Origin: Pseudomonadota bacterium
Lineage (GTDB): Bacteria > Pseudomonadota > Alphaproteobacteria > SHVP01
Direction: 5' to 3'
Assembly: GCA_022566715.1 (NCBI GenBank)
Contig: JADFIH010000002.1
Coordinates: forward strand, 1-58,519
Length of the DNA stretch: 58,519 nucleotides
The first letter of the stretch is position 1; the number at the start of each line of letters is the position of its first letter. The notes under the pieces are model-generated. The model ran no database searches and had not been told where the DNA came from. It saw nothing but the letters and a program-made list of their open reading frames with translations. The position numbers and the translations under genes are program-made. Below are positions 37,855 through 46,747 of the stretch, in pieces.

Positions 37855-38777
37855 GCGGTTTCTTTTGAAAGGGTACGCAGAATCTCGGCATTGGCCGCCA
37901 CGTAGCCGGGCGCCGTTACCTTGATGTGGCCGCGGATCGATTCGTGCACCGCCGGCAGGGCGTGAAACGGCAGCCACGGGTAGGCGTGATGCTCGGCATG
38001 ATAGGGCATGTTCCAGGTGAGCCAGCGGACATACCGGTTGGTGAGCGTGGTGCGGCTGTTGGCCAGCATCTCGGGCGCCATTGGGCACCCCGTGTGCTCG
38101 GCCAAAAGGAAAAGCCGTAGCGCCGGCTGTCCAACCAGGGCGGGCACGAGCCAAAGCCAGGCCAGCTCGTCGAGCCAGCCCACCAGGGCGGCGGCGAAAC
38201 CCAAAAGCACGTAGAGCGTTACGAAGCGGAACGCCTCCCGTTCGATCGTGGGCCGCAGGGGCTCGGGGATGAAGGGCAGGGGGCGCCCGCGCCCGAAGGC
38301 GTGACGCAACGTCGTGGCGACGCGCTCGCGCCAATAGGGAAGGCCCGAAACATGGAGGACGTAGGCCGCGGCGGTGCGTGGCTTGGGCGCGATCAACTCC
38401 GGGTCACGGGCCGGGTCCTGGGTGAACAGGTGATGCTCGAAATGAAAGGCGCGGAAGTAGCGCGGCGGCAATAGGATCAGAAAGCCGCAGAGGTTCGCGG
38501 CCGCCTCATTGAGGCGGCGGCGGCGAAAGGCCGTGTAGTGGATCGTTTCGTGGAGGGGCGCGAAAAGGAACGTCAGGACGACGCCGTGGACCAGAACGAG
38601 CGGCAACGCCCAGGCCCCGCCGCGGGCCGTCAGGATCAGCGCCCCGGTCACCGCCAGCAACCCCGCATGAGCGGCAAGATGCCGGAGGCCCTTGCCGTCA
38701 ATCCGCCGGCGCAAGGCGCGTAATTTCGTGGCCTCGACGAGCTCGCGCGGGAAGGGGCTGGAACGGACGTTGCTCAC
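37851..38777 (-). CDS. membrane fatty-acid-desaturase-family protein (three His boxes)
   Basis: His boxes HETIHY, HFEHHLF and HAEHHAYP, with hydrophobic segments between them. 308 aa. Confidence 0.8.
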   Translation of the reverse strand: MSNVRSSPFPRELVEATKLRALRRRIDGKGLRHLAAHAGLLAVTGALILTARGGAWALPLVLVHGVVLTFLFAPLHETIHYTAFRRRRLNEAAANLCGFLILLPPRYFRAFHFEHHLFTQDPARDPELIAPKPRTAAAYVLHVSGLPYWRERVATTLRHAFGRGRPLPFIPEPLRPTIEREAFRFVTLYVLLGFAAALVGWLDELAWLWLVPALVGQPALRLFLLAEHTGCPMAPEMLANSRTTLTNRYVRWLTWNMPYHAEHHAYPWLPFHALPAVHESIRGHIKVTAPGYVAANAEILRTLSKETA

Positions 38778-38831
38778 GGGTCTCCTCTCAACGTGACGCC
38801 CGCGAGTTTAGGAGAGTTTCAGGGAAAATGC

Positions 38832-39524
38832 TTAGGGGTTGTCGGCTGGGAGGTCGTCGGCCGGGGGGTTGTCGGCCGGGGGATCGCCGGCTGGCGCCGC
38901 GGCCGCAAACGAGCCCTTGAGGCGCTGCTGCTGTTCCGGCGTCAGGTAGGCCCATATCTGGTCCAGGTTGGGTTTGACATGGCTCGCCCCGGCGAGGAAG
39001 GCACGGCCGTAATACTTGTAGGCCATGGCGTAGTCCTGAGCCACGCCCCAGCCCGCCGCGTAAGCGTAGGCGAGGACTTCCATGGCGGCGGGGTCGGCGT
39101 CCTCGCGTGCACGCAGGGACAGCGTTTTGAAGTCGGCGGGGTTCGGCGGCGCCGCCGCGACCCGTTTGAGCAAGGCGTTCCAGTCGTCGTCGGAAACCAT
39201 TTTGGGTTTTTCGTCCAGCGCGGCCGGCCGCGCCGGCGCGGTCTCCTCCTTCTCCGTTTCCGGCGCCTTTTTCGTCACCTGGGTGGCGCGGCTCTCCCAC
39301 CATTGGCCGCACCAGGACGCGGGTTGATCCGAAAGACAGATGTAGGCCGCGCGTGCGGTGGTGAGTTCGGCCCAGTCGAAGTTCTCCCAGTCCGACGGCG
39401 TCGGTCCGTTTTCTCCTGCCGAGGCGTGAGCGCCCAGGGTGAGGAACGGGACGATGATCGCGGCCGCGCACAAAAGACGGGTGCGTCCCGCAAGGGCTTG
39501 GACGGTTGAGCTTCTCCTCGCCAT
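38832..39524 (-). CDS. secreted protein with a Sel1/TPR-like repeat and a Pro/Asp-rich C-terminal tail
   Basis: Start at ATG 39524 (MARRSSTVQALAGRTRLLCAAAIIVPFLTLGAHASA signal). The Sel1-like stretch is AMEVLAYAYAAGWGVAQDYAMAYKYYGRAFLAG. The tail is PAGDPPADNPPADDLPADNP. Confidence 0.65.
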   Translation of the reverse strand: MARRSSTVQALAGRTRLLCAAAIIVPFLTLGAHASAGENGPTPSDWENFDWAELTTARAAYICLSDQPASWCGQWWESRATQVTKKAPETEKEETAPARPAALDEKPKMVSDDDWNALLKRVAAAPPNPADFKTLSLRAREDADPAAMEVLAYAYAAGWGVAQDYAMAYKYYGRAFLAGASHVKPNLDQIWAYLTPEQQQRLKGSFAAAAPAGDPPADNPPADDLPADNP

Positions 39525-39844
39525 CGTCTTTTTCTCGATATCTTTTTCCCGATGTCTGGCGATCGTTACCACGGCGCGCGAAACCTCGTGTGGCGCCACC
39601 CGGACAGATTGTCATACCTTCGCTAACCATTGCTTTCGCAATGCGGCGCATTTTCCGAGGATTCGGCGTAAATGCCGGCGGTGGGGAGGGGCGGCGAATC
39701 AAAGGGCCGTTGGACGCCGCACGGCGCCCTTTGGGGGCCCAAAAGGAGGCTGTCCGCCCAAAAAACACCCTGGACGGGGATTAGATCGCCGGCAACGGAC
39801 TCTGGGGAAGGTTTGCGGGATCGCTCAGGCGAGGGCCAGCCAGA

Positions 39845-40123
39845 CTAAACGCTAGCCTCGTCAGTCTCTTTACGCTCGGTCACAGCCGGGCCCTCGGTCA
39901 CAGCCGGGCCCTCGGTCACAGCCGGGCCCTCGGTCACGGCTGGGCTATCGGTCACGACCGCACCCTCGGCCACCGCGAGGTCCCCGGCCGTGGCCAAGCC
40001 ATCGACCGGCTCCGACTTATCGGCGCGGGCGCTCGCTCGAGCCTCCCGCTTTGCCGCCTTCTTCGCGGCTTTTTGCCTGTCTCGCTCAGCTCGCTCGAAA
40101 GAGTAGTTTTTTCGCCTTGCCAT
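39845..40123 (-). CDS. small protein (92 aa): basic N-terminus, tandem PAVTEG repeats
   Basis: ATG 40123. The product is MARRKNYSFERAERDRQKAAKKAAKREARASARADKSEP... followed by (S/G)PAVTEG x4. It starts 10 nt downstream of the csp stop on the same strand. Confidence 0.5.
   Translation of the reverse strand: MARRKNYSFERAERDRQKAAKKAAKREARASARADKSEPVDGLATAGDLAVAEGAVVTDSPAVTEGPAVTEGPAVTEGPAVTERKETDEASV
39875..39982. repeat. 18-bp tandem repeat (three perfect plus about three degenerate units) inside the small CDS
   Basis: The unit ctcggtcacagccgggcc occurs at 39875, 39893 and 39911. Diverged units follow: ctcggtcacggctgggct, atcggtcacgaccgcacc, ctcggccaccgcgaggtc. Confidence 0.85.
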
Positions 40124-40133
40124 GCTGTCGGCG

Positions 40134-40343
40134 TTACTCCACGAGCTTGAGGTTCTCCGCGGACGTCCGGCCATCGCGGCCGCTCGTCACTTCGTACTCA
40201 AGCTTTTGCCCCTCGGCGACTGAAGGGATGCCCGCACGCTCAAGCGCGCTCACGTGAACAAAAACGTCCTTCCCCCCGTCATCAGGTGCGATGAAGCCAA
40301 AGCCTCTGGTGGTGTTGAAAAATTTTACGGTTCCAATAGCCAT
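40134..40343 (-). CDS. cspA: cold-shock protein (CspA family)
   Basis: MAIGTVKFFNTTRGFGFIAPDDGGKDVFVHVSAL carries RNP1 (GFGFI) and RNP2 (VFVHV). ATG 40343 lies 5 nt after GAGGA. Confidence 0.9.
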   Translation of the reverse strand: MAIGTVKFFNTTRGFGFIAPDDGGKDVFVHVSALERAGIPSVAEGQKLEYEVTSGRDGRTSAENLKLVE

Positions 40344-40640
40344 TGCCATCCTCAGTGCGGTGTCATCCTCGATGCGGCCGAAACAAAGCCTCGATGCGGC
40401 CAAAACAAAGCGCGCCACCTTCGCGGTGTGGCGTCGCCAGAGCAATACTCATGTCATGAGATAGCCAAGTCAGTTGCCAGAGGAATCTCCAGCGCGGCGA
40501 TATCCATACGGACGGGTCGTGTTGCTCGTGATAATAGTTTAGGCCCTGCTGGGCCCGGCGACAAGCGGCATCCCCGGCGCATTTACCTTTTTTTAACCAT
40601 CGAGACGCAGGCTCCGAGGCTCCCTTGGAGGTTCGAGCCC

Positions 40641-41117
40641 ATGACCAGGACGACATATTCCTTCTTTGCGGTCCTCTCGCTGGCACTTGTTATGGTGGCG
40701 GTGGGCAGCCCGCCGGGCGGTTCCCCCCTGATATGGACCGGCTACGGACTCCAGGCCAATATTCTGGCCGCCGCGGTGGCGGTGGGCGCCCACTTGGTTC
40801 TGGCCGCACTGATCTACCGCCTTTGGAAAGGGCTCCGCTGGGGCGCCGACCACCGCCTGCCGGCCGTCATGGCCCGCCCCACGGTTCACGCCCCAAGGAT
40901 GCTCTCGCATGACGCACGGGCCGATTTTGAGGTTCCCGACGTTGCGCACCCCGACGTCGCGCTTATTGGCCTGCGCGGGCTGACGGCGCGTGCGGCGGAG
41001 CGGGGCGACCTGGGAACGGCGCGTAAGCTGGCCCGCCGCGGCCTGGCCGACAGCCCTGGCACCGGCTGGCTGGAAGAACTGCTCGATAATCCGATAGCGC
41101 CGCCCTCAAAGGTTTAG
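40641..41117 (+). CDS. hypothetical membrane protein (158 aa, two TM segments)
   Basis: ATG 40641 follows GGAGG. Hydrophobic segments are FFAVLSLALVMVAVG and ILAAAVAVGAHLVLAALIY. No family recognised. Confidence 0.5.
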   Translation: MTRTTYSFFAVLSLALVMVAVGSPPGGSPLIWTGYGLQANILAAAVAVGAHLVLAALIYRLWKGLRWGADHRLPAVMARPTVHAPRMLSHDARADFEVPDVAHPDVALIGLRGLTARAAERGDLGTARKLARRGLADSPGTGWLEELLDNPIAPPSKV

Positions 41118-41129
41118 CCTAACAGGGGC

Positions 41130-41296
41130 CTAGAGTCGTTCCGGCTTGGCCGGAACCACTCTAGCTTTTTGTTGCTCGCGGCTGCGGACCCACGGTCCGC
41201 GCCTGCGCGGGCGCGCCGGATAACCGGCGGGCCGCCTTGCGGCCATGGACGATTCCAACGGCCTTGAGCGATTCCTGTTGAACCAGAAACGCCTAA
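41130..41296 (+). repeat. mosaic intergenic repeat, copy 2 (lacks the ~20-nt 'atctcgg..aattaaggatg' insert)
   Basis: Hairpin A is ctagagtcgttccggcttggccggaaccactctag. The 38-nt core gcgcctgcgcgggcgcgccggataaccggcgggccgcc is identical to copies 3 and 4. Confidence 0.85.
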
Positions 41297-41562
41297 GGCA
41301 AGGCTCACCCCTGAAAAGGCGCTCGGGAGCAACCCGGGCCGATCGCGCCGGCCCCGAGGGGCCCGGCCGGGCCGCCGGTTGGGCATGCCGCGCGAGCGCC
41401 CGGGAAGACTTTCAATCATAGAGACAAGACGCCGGTCCACACTGCGGAATCCGTCTGTCAGACGTGGAATTTAGGCGATTGTTAGAGTTCGGCGCGTAGA
41501 AATACGATCAAGGAAACATCAATTTTGGAGGACCTTGACCGGAGTTGGAGCAATCCACCCTG

Positions 41563-41627
41563 GGGTTTTGGTCCCACCTCGGGTTTTGGTCCCACCACGG
41601 GTTTTGGTCCCACCACGGGTTTTGGTC
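41563..41627. repeat. 18-bp tandem repeat x3.6 immediately upstream of the kinase start codon
   Basis: Units are gggttttggtcccacctc, gggttttggtcccaccac, gggttttggtcccaccac and gggttttggtc. The array ends 22 nt before ATG 41650. Confidence 0.85.
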
Positions 41628-41649
41628 AAAGGGCGGAAAACCGTTTTCC

Positions 41650-43983
41650 ATGACGATCAAGTCGCTAGGTCTCGTCATCTCCATACTGCTGGGGTTGCTT
41701 ACGATTATCCTCCTAACCGGATCCATCGTCAGCATCGGCAAAGTCGACGCCATTGGCGACACCTGGGCGAACTTCGAACGGGACGCGGCGAAAAAGGATG
41801 TCTACCTACGCGAGTTGTATGATGCCATCGGCTATGGCGGCCTTATTCACGAGTTCAAGAACTATATCCTGCGTCAGGATCAGCCACGGATCGCCAAGGC
41901 CCGGGCCAGGGCCGCCGAGGCGATAGCCGCGCTCGACGGTTACACGGCCCATACCAGCGATCCGCTGGAGAGGGAGGCGTTGGAGGTCATCCGCGCCACT
42001 GTGGTCGAGTACCTTTCCGCCCTGTCGGTCGCCGAATCGCTTGCCGCCGAAGGAACAACGCCCCGCCAGCTTGACGGAACCGTCATTATCGACGATCGCG
42101 CCGCGCTCGGCGCGATCGAGTTCCTCAACGGCCAGATCGTGATGGCGCGTGAGCGCAGCGCCCGCGCCGTGGAGCAGGCGACCGTCTCCGCCCGGACCTT
42201 TTTCAAATGGCTCAGGGCGCCGGTCGCCCTGACGCTGGTATTGTTGGTGGGTCTCGTGTTCTGGTTCACCCGTTTTCGTCTCTCTGCCGCGCTTGGCCGG
42301 ATCGAGGACACGATGACGCGGCTGGCCGCCGGGGACACCTCCGTGCCCGTGCCGGATATCGGCCGCGCCGACGAGATCGGCGACATGGCCAAGGCGGTGC
42401 AGGTGTTCAAAGAGAACGCGATCGAGAAGGCGCGCCTCGAAAAGGACTCCGAACGCACGACGCGTTTGTTCGCCAAGGCGTTCCACGCCGGTTCCGCCCT
42501 AATGACATTGAGCCGGCTGTCCGACGGTAAGTTACTGGACGTCAACGTTGCTTGGACAAAGACGCTCGGACATTCGCGTGAAGAATCGGTCGGCAACACG
42601 ACGGCTGGGCTTGGCGTCTACGTCGAACCTGGGGACCGCGACGCCCTATACCGCGAGTTTGCACGGAGTGGCGGCGCCCGCGCGTTCGAAACCCGGTTGA
42701 AGGCCAAGGATGGCCGCGTGGTCTTCGTGCGGATCTACGCCGATATACTCGAGATCGACGGCGAAGAAGTCGTCCTGACGGTCACTTACGACGAAAGCGA
42801 ACGCAAGCGCGTCGAGGGCGCCTTGGACGAGAGCGAGGAGCGCTTCCGTATGATCGCGGAGACGACACCCGTCGCCATCACTATTAGCCGCTCTTCGGAC
42901 GGCTCTCTGGTCTACGTCAACCCGAAAGTCGAAGAGATGTTAGGACGCCTGCCCGATGGCGTGACCAACCACAACACCATCGAGTTCTACCAATATCCGG
43001 AAGACCGCGAGGCGCTCATGGCGCGGTTTCGCAAAGACGGATCCGTCCAAAACTACGAAATCGCTATGCAAGACGTGGAAGGCAATCCCATCCCGGCGCT
43101 CATCTCGATGGAGCAGATTTCCTACGATGGAGAACCGGCCATCCTCGCCGCCATTCACGATATTTCGGACCGCAAGCGGATCGAAAACGCCCTGTGGGCC
43201 GCCAAGGAGGAAGCCGAGGTCGCCAACCGCACCAAGTCCGAGTTTCTCGCCAACATGAGTCACGAGTTGCGCACGCCGCTGAACGCCATCCTGGGGTTCT
43301 CGCAGGTCCTGGAAAGTGGCCTCGTCGGGGACCTGTCGGAAAAACAACGGGAGTATATCAACGACATTCATGCGTCCGGCGGCCATCTCCTGTCCCTGAT
43401 CAACGACGTTCTCGACCTCTCGAAGATAGAGCTTGGGGAGATGGAAATCGCGGACGAGGAAATCGATCTGGGGGCGGCGGTGAAAACTTGCGCGCGGCTG
43501 ATGATCGACCGTTTGGAACGTGGCGGGCTTCACCTGCGGACCCAACTTGGCGACTCCCCGGTGAGCATCCGGGGCGACGGGCGCAAGATCAAGCAGGTCA
43601 TTCTGAACCTGCTGTCGAACGCGGTGAAGTTCACGGAAGCGGGCGGGACGATCACGGTGCGCGGCGGCACGGACGAGGCGGGATGCGCCTACCTCGCCGT
43701 GTCCGATACGGGCATCGGCATGTCGCCGGACGAGATTGAAAAGGCCCTCGCCGTTTTTGGTCAGGTCGAATCCGGCATGGACCGGAATTTCGAGGGCACG
43801 GGTCTTGGCCTGCCCCTCTCGAAGTCCCTCATGGAGGGCCACGGCGGGAAACTCGAAATCGAAAGCGAACCCGGCGTGGGAACCACGGTGACCGTTACCT
43901 TCCCGGCGGAGCGGGTCATCAAAGCCGGGGCTGACCCCGCCCTGGCATTCAGCATGGTCCGGCGGGGGCGCACCGAAGGTTAG
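41650..43983 (+). CDS. membrane sensor histidine kinase: TM, ~180-aa periplasmic domain, TM, HAMP, two PAS modules, HisKA/HATPase
   Basis: TM1 LGLVISILLGLLTIILLTGSIV and TM2 VALTLVLLVGLVFWF. HAMP region LAAGDTSVPVPDIGRADEIGDMAKAVQVF. H-box MSHELRTPLNAILGF; DTGIGMS and GTGLGLP. The start is set at ATG 41650. Confidence 0.85.
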   Translation: MTIKSLGLVISILLGLLTIILLTGSIVSIGKVDAIGDTWANFERDAAKKDVYLRELYDAIGYGGLIHEFKNYILRQDQPRIAKARARAAEAIAALDGYTAHTSDPLEREALEVIRATVVEYLSALSVAESLAAEGTTPRQLDGTVIIDDRAALGAIEFLNGQIVMARERSARAVEQATVSARTFFKWLRAPVALTLVLLVGLVFWFTRFRLSAALGRIEDTMTRLAAGDTSVPVPDIGRADEIGDMAKAVQVFKENAIEKARLEKDSERTTRLFAKAFHAGSALMTLSRLSDGKLLDVNVAWTKTLGHSREESVGNTTAGLGVYVEPGDRDALYREFARSGGARAFETRLKAKDGRVVFVRIYADILEIDGEEVVLTVTYDESERKRVEGALDESEERFRMIAETTPVAITISRSSDGSLVYVNPKVEEMLGRLPDGVTNHNTIEFYQYPEDREALMARFRKDGSVQNYEIAMQDVEGNPIPALISMEQISYDGEPAILAAIHDISDRKRIENALWAAKEEAEVANRTKSEFLANMSHELRTPLNAILGFSQVLESGLVGDLSEKQREYINDIHASGGHLLSLINDVLDLSKIELGEMEIADEEIDLGAAVKTCARLMIDRLERGGLHLRTQLGDSPVSIRGDGRKIKQVILNLLSNAVKFTEAGGTITVRGGTDEAGCAYLAVSDTGIGMSPDEIEKALAVFGQVESGMDRNFEGTGLGLPLSKSLMEGHGGKLEIESEPGVGTTVTVTFPAERVIKAGADPALAFSMVRRGRTEG

Positions 43984-44044
43984 CCGCGCCCGGGTCGATC
44001 AGCCCAGTTTTCCCCCGCGCGACGCTCTCTCGCGGCTAGGCGCC

Positions 44045-45385
44045 TCAAACCCAGGGCGAATGGGTGGTGCCGGCGCCAAAGGCGCGGCCCTCGGCGAAAC
44101 GCGAAAAGGCGAAGGGCTGCAACTCGGCGACGGCGTCGCCGGAGACCAGGTGCTTGGCCACGAGTTTGCCGACGCCGGTCATCTTGAACCCATGATTTGA
44201 ATCCGCGATCAGGTAGATGTTGTCGAAGATCCAATCGAAGATCGGCACATTGTCGGGCGTAAAAGCGCCGATGCCGCCCGAGCGGCGCTCCTTGAAGCGT
44301 TCGCGCGCGCCCTTGAAGCGGTCCATGAACATTTCCATGCAAGCCGTCATATAGTCGGGAAATTCCGGCCCCGGCTGGTACTTGCTGTTGGCCGGCCCAT
44401 AGGGCTCGACCTGGGCTTCGGGTCCCAGCATCACCGGCATGACGCCGCCCTGGATGCCCGGCCGCTCCATGCGCTCGGTGCCGTTTTTCCAATAGACGTA
44501 AACGTTGTCCAGGAGCTCCTTGCCGGTCTTCGGGTCGGTCACCGGCGTGTTCATCAACTCGATGTGCAGCACCGGCGGGTTGCGGCCGTCGCCGCTGTAG
44601 TAGGGAGCGTCGTGATAGATCTCGCCCTCTTCGAGGCGCCAATAGGTCCACATATCCTTGCCCGCCACGCGCTCTCCGTTCGCGTACCCGACATCGAGGG
44701 TCATCGGTTTGCCGAGCATCTTCCAGTGATCGGGAATCCAGGCGCCGAGCCCCAGGATGGCGGCATCGCACCGCACCGTCCCGGCGGTGGTGTGGACCGC
44801 GGAGAGGCGTCCGTTCGTTATATCGTAGGCCTGGAGCTCGACCCGCGGGAAGATCCGCACGCCGTGGCGTCGGCACATTTCGACCAGGCCGTTGACCGCC
44901 TGTCTGGTCCCGGCGTAGCCCGACGGTTTCTCGTGCAGCACCACGTCGATCGAATGGTGCTTGAAGTCGGGCCAGATCTTGGTCAGGTGATCGCGCGCGT
45001 CCTTGCCGGTAAATAGATCCGACGCGTAGCCGACGCTGTTCTGGCTCTTGTGGATACGCTCGTAGTCGGCGAGCTGGTTCGCCTCACCGCACGACACATA
45101 ACCCACCTGCTGAAATCCAAAGGCGACGGGATCGTAATTCCAGACATCGATCGAGTGCCGCAAGATGGCGTGCAGCGGTTCGGTCATATAGAGGTTGCGC
45201 ACGCAACCGCACGCGATTCCCGTGGCGCCCGCGCCGGGTCCGGTTTTATCGATCACGATCACGTCGGCGCCCGAGCCCTTGCCGCGCGCTTCGAGTTCCA
45301 TGGCCAGATGCCACGCCGTGCTAAGGCCATGCACACCGGCGCCAACGACCAAGTAGGTGATCGAATCAGGCAGCTTGTCGTTCAT
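44045..45385 (-). CDS. FAD-dependent oxidoreductase (DAO / sarcosine-oxidase-beta-like family)
   Basis: N-terminal dinucleotide fold YLVVGAGVHGLSTAWHLA...VIVIDK. 446 aa. It lies downstream of the BHMT-like gene on the same strand. Confidence 0.8.
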   Translation of the reverse strand: MNDKLPDSITYLVVGAGVHGLSTAWHLAMELEARGKGSGADVIVIDKTGPGAGATGIACGCVRNLYMTEPLHAILRHSIDVWNYDPVAFGFQQVGYVSCGEANQLADYERIHKSQNSVGYASDLFTGKDARDHLTKIWPDFKHHSIDVVLHEKPSGYAGTRQAVNGLVEMCRRHGVRIFPRVELQAYDITNGRLSAVHTTAGTVRCDAAILGLGAWIPDHWKMLGKPMTLDVGYANGERVAGKDMWTYWRLEEGEIYHDAPYYSGDGRNPPVLHIELMNTPVTDPKTGKELLDNVYVYWKNGTERMERPGIQGGVMPVMLGPEAQVEPYGPANSKYQPGPEFPDYMTACMEMFMDRFKGARERFKERRSGGIGAFTPDNVPIFDWIFDNIYLIADSNHGFKMTGVGKLVAKHLVSGDAVAELQPFAFSRFAEGRAFGAGTTHSPWV

Positions 45386-45420
45386 GGCGCCGGTATCCTC
45401 TCAGTGGGTAGCCGTAATAA

Positions 45421-45561
45421 AATTCACCCCTCCCCGTTTTGGGGAGAGGGTAGGGGGAGGGGACAAGAAAAAATTCACCCCCTCCCAACCCTCCCCCATC
45501 AAGGGGGAGGGGTCGTTTTTTGACGCAGGCCTTTCGCGGTTTCCCCATCAAGGGGGAGGGC
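45421..45561. repeat. cluster of G-run/C-run hairpins (cccctcccc/ggggagggg type) with T-tracts on both strands
   Basis: Hairpins: cacccctcccc-gtttt-ggggagagggt; ccctccccc-atcaa-gggggaggg followed by gtcgtttttt; and a partial second copy ttccccatcaagggggaggg. The direct repeat aattcaccccTccc occurs at 45421 and 45472. Confidence 0.75.
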
Positions 45562-45635
45562 GCGATGAGATGCCGAACTCGACTCAGCATGGAGTTGAGA
45601 ATAGGCGATGAGTAATCATGAGAATCGCACGCGGG

Positions 45636-46703
45636 CTAAAGCTTATCCGTGTACTCCCTGTTCTCCGCCAAGAGCGACGCGTCGGTTCCGAAAGCGAAGT
45701 GTTTTGACATGTCGGGCGAAAACCGGCTGGCCGGCGGGCGGCGGCCCAAGGCCTCGGCCATCTGGCGCGTATGGTGCGGGGCATTGCCGCAGCAAATGCC
45801 GAGGTACCGCACGCCCGCGTCATAGGCTTCCTTCGCGAACTCGCCGATCTCGTAACGGTTACAGGTCATGGGATCGAGCGCCACCGGAAACGGCCGATCG
45901 TTCGGAATGCAGTTGCACGCCGGATCGCGCAGGGACTGGAACGTGGGCTCCGCCTCGGTGGTGCGGAAGGGCACGGGCAGGGCCGCCACATGACAGGACA
46001 CGGCCGCGCGGACCTGCTTCACAAAGGGCAGAAGCGTCGCGGGCCCGCGCATGCAGTTGAGCCCGACCACATCGGCGCCGGCGTCCTCCAGCATTTTGCA
46101 CGATTCGGCGGCCGAATGGCCGTCGCGCGTCACGTGCTCGCGGTGCAATCCCATCGTCACCACGGTGGGAAGCCCGGTCTGTTTCATGACGTCCAGCGCG
46201 ATCAACGCCTCCGCCGTGTAGGAAAAAGTCTCGGCGATGATCATGTCGGCGCCGCCCTCGACGGCCCAACCGACCTGCTCCTCGAACATGGCGCGGATTA
46301 CCGCGTCGGTCTTGGTATCGTCCGGCGTGAAAAGATTAGTATTACAAATGTTGCCGGCGAGCAGCGCGGGCTCGCCGCCGGCTTCGTCCGCCGCCTCCTT
46401 GGCGATGGCGAGCGCGTTCCGGTTCAGCGGCTCCAGCAAATCCTCCTTGCCGATGAGGCGCAGCTTTTCCCGGTGGCCGTAATAGGTGAGGGCTTCCACC
46501 ACGTCGGACCCGGCGCGGACGAACTCGCGGTGGAGCTGCATCACGGCTTCGGGAAATTCGAGAACGACCTCCGGGACGAACCCACCGGCCTGGAGATAGC
46601 CCCGGCTTTCGAGTTCGAAGAGATAGCCCTCGGCGCAAATCACCGGCCCCTCCGCGAGGCGCTCCAGCAGGCCGCGCTTGGTCCCATTTCCGTCACTGGT
46701 CAC
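45636..46703 (-). CDS. homocysteine S-methyltransferase family protein (betaine-homocysteine methyltransferase-like)
   Basis: VICAEGYLFELERGY-type N-terminus, Zn-ligand contexts GLNCMRGP and YLGICCGNAPHH. 355 aa. Confidence 0.85.
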   Translation of the reverse strand: MTSDGNGTKRGLLERLAEGPVICAEGYLFELESRGYLQAGGFVPEVVLEFPEAVMQLHREFVRAGSDVVEALTYYGHREKLRLIGKEDLLEPLNRNALAIAKEAADEAGGEPALLAGNICNTNLFTPDDTKTDAVIRAMFEEQVGWAVEGGADMIIAETFSYTAEALIALDVMKQTGLPTVVTMGLHREHVTRDGHSAAESCKMLEDAGADVVGLNCMRGPATLLPFVKQVRAAVSCHVAALPVPFRTTEAEPTFQSLRDPACNCIPNDRPFPVALDPMTCNRYEIGEFAKEAYDAGVRYLGICCGNAPHHTRQMAEALGRRPPASRFSPDMSKHFAFGTDASLLAENREYTDKL

Positions 46704-46747
46704 GGCGTCCTCCCTGGGCGATCGATGCAGGTGTCTTAAGTTCTCCC

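Noticed and set aside
38788-39768. 326-aa minus-strand ORF overlapping the Sel1-like gene in another frame.
   Set aside because: The translation is R/G/P-rich and low in complexity. The alternative frame (38832-39524) has a signal peptide and a Sel1-like repeat, and is the better gene model.
39875-39982. Possibility that the 18-bp tandem arrays (here and at 41563-41627) are CRISPR arrays.
   Set aside because: The units are contiguous with no spacers, far shorter than CRISPR repeats, and there are no cas genes in the window.
40620-40650. tRNA-like T-arm sequence ggttcgagccc.
   Set aside because: No complementary T-stem, acceptor stem or anticodon arm can be drawn around it. It overlaps the SD and start of the 158-aa membrane protein gene.
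41545-41649. TTG-initiated N-terminal extension of the kinase encoding (L/H)GFWSH x4.
   Set aside because: GGAG abuts the TTG with zero spacing. ATG 41650 opens directly onto a normal TM1. I kept the array as a non-coding tandem repeat but flagged it for experimental testing.
45357-45611. 74-84-aa ORFs spanning the G-run/C-run hairpin cluster (translations with GEGRGRG / PLPLDGGGLGG).
   Set aside because: These are products of translating low-complexity repeat DNA, a typical pseudo-peptide artefact of such repeats.
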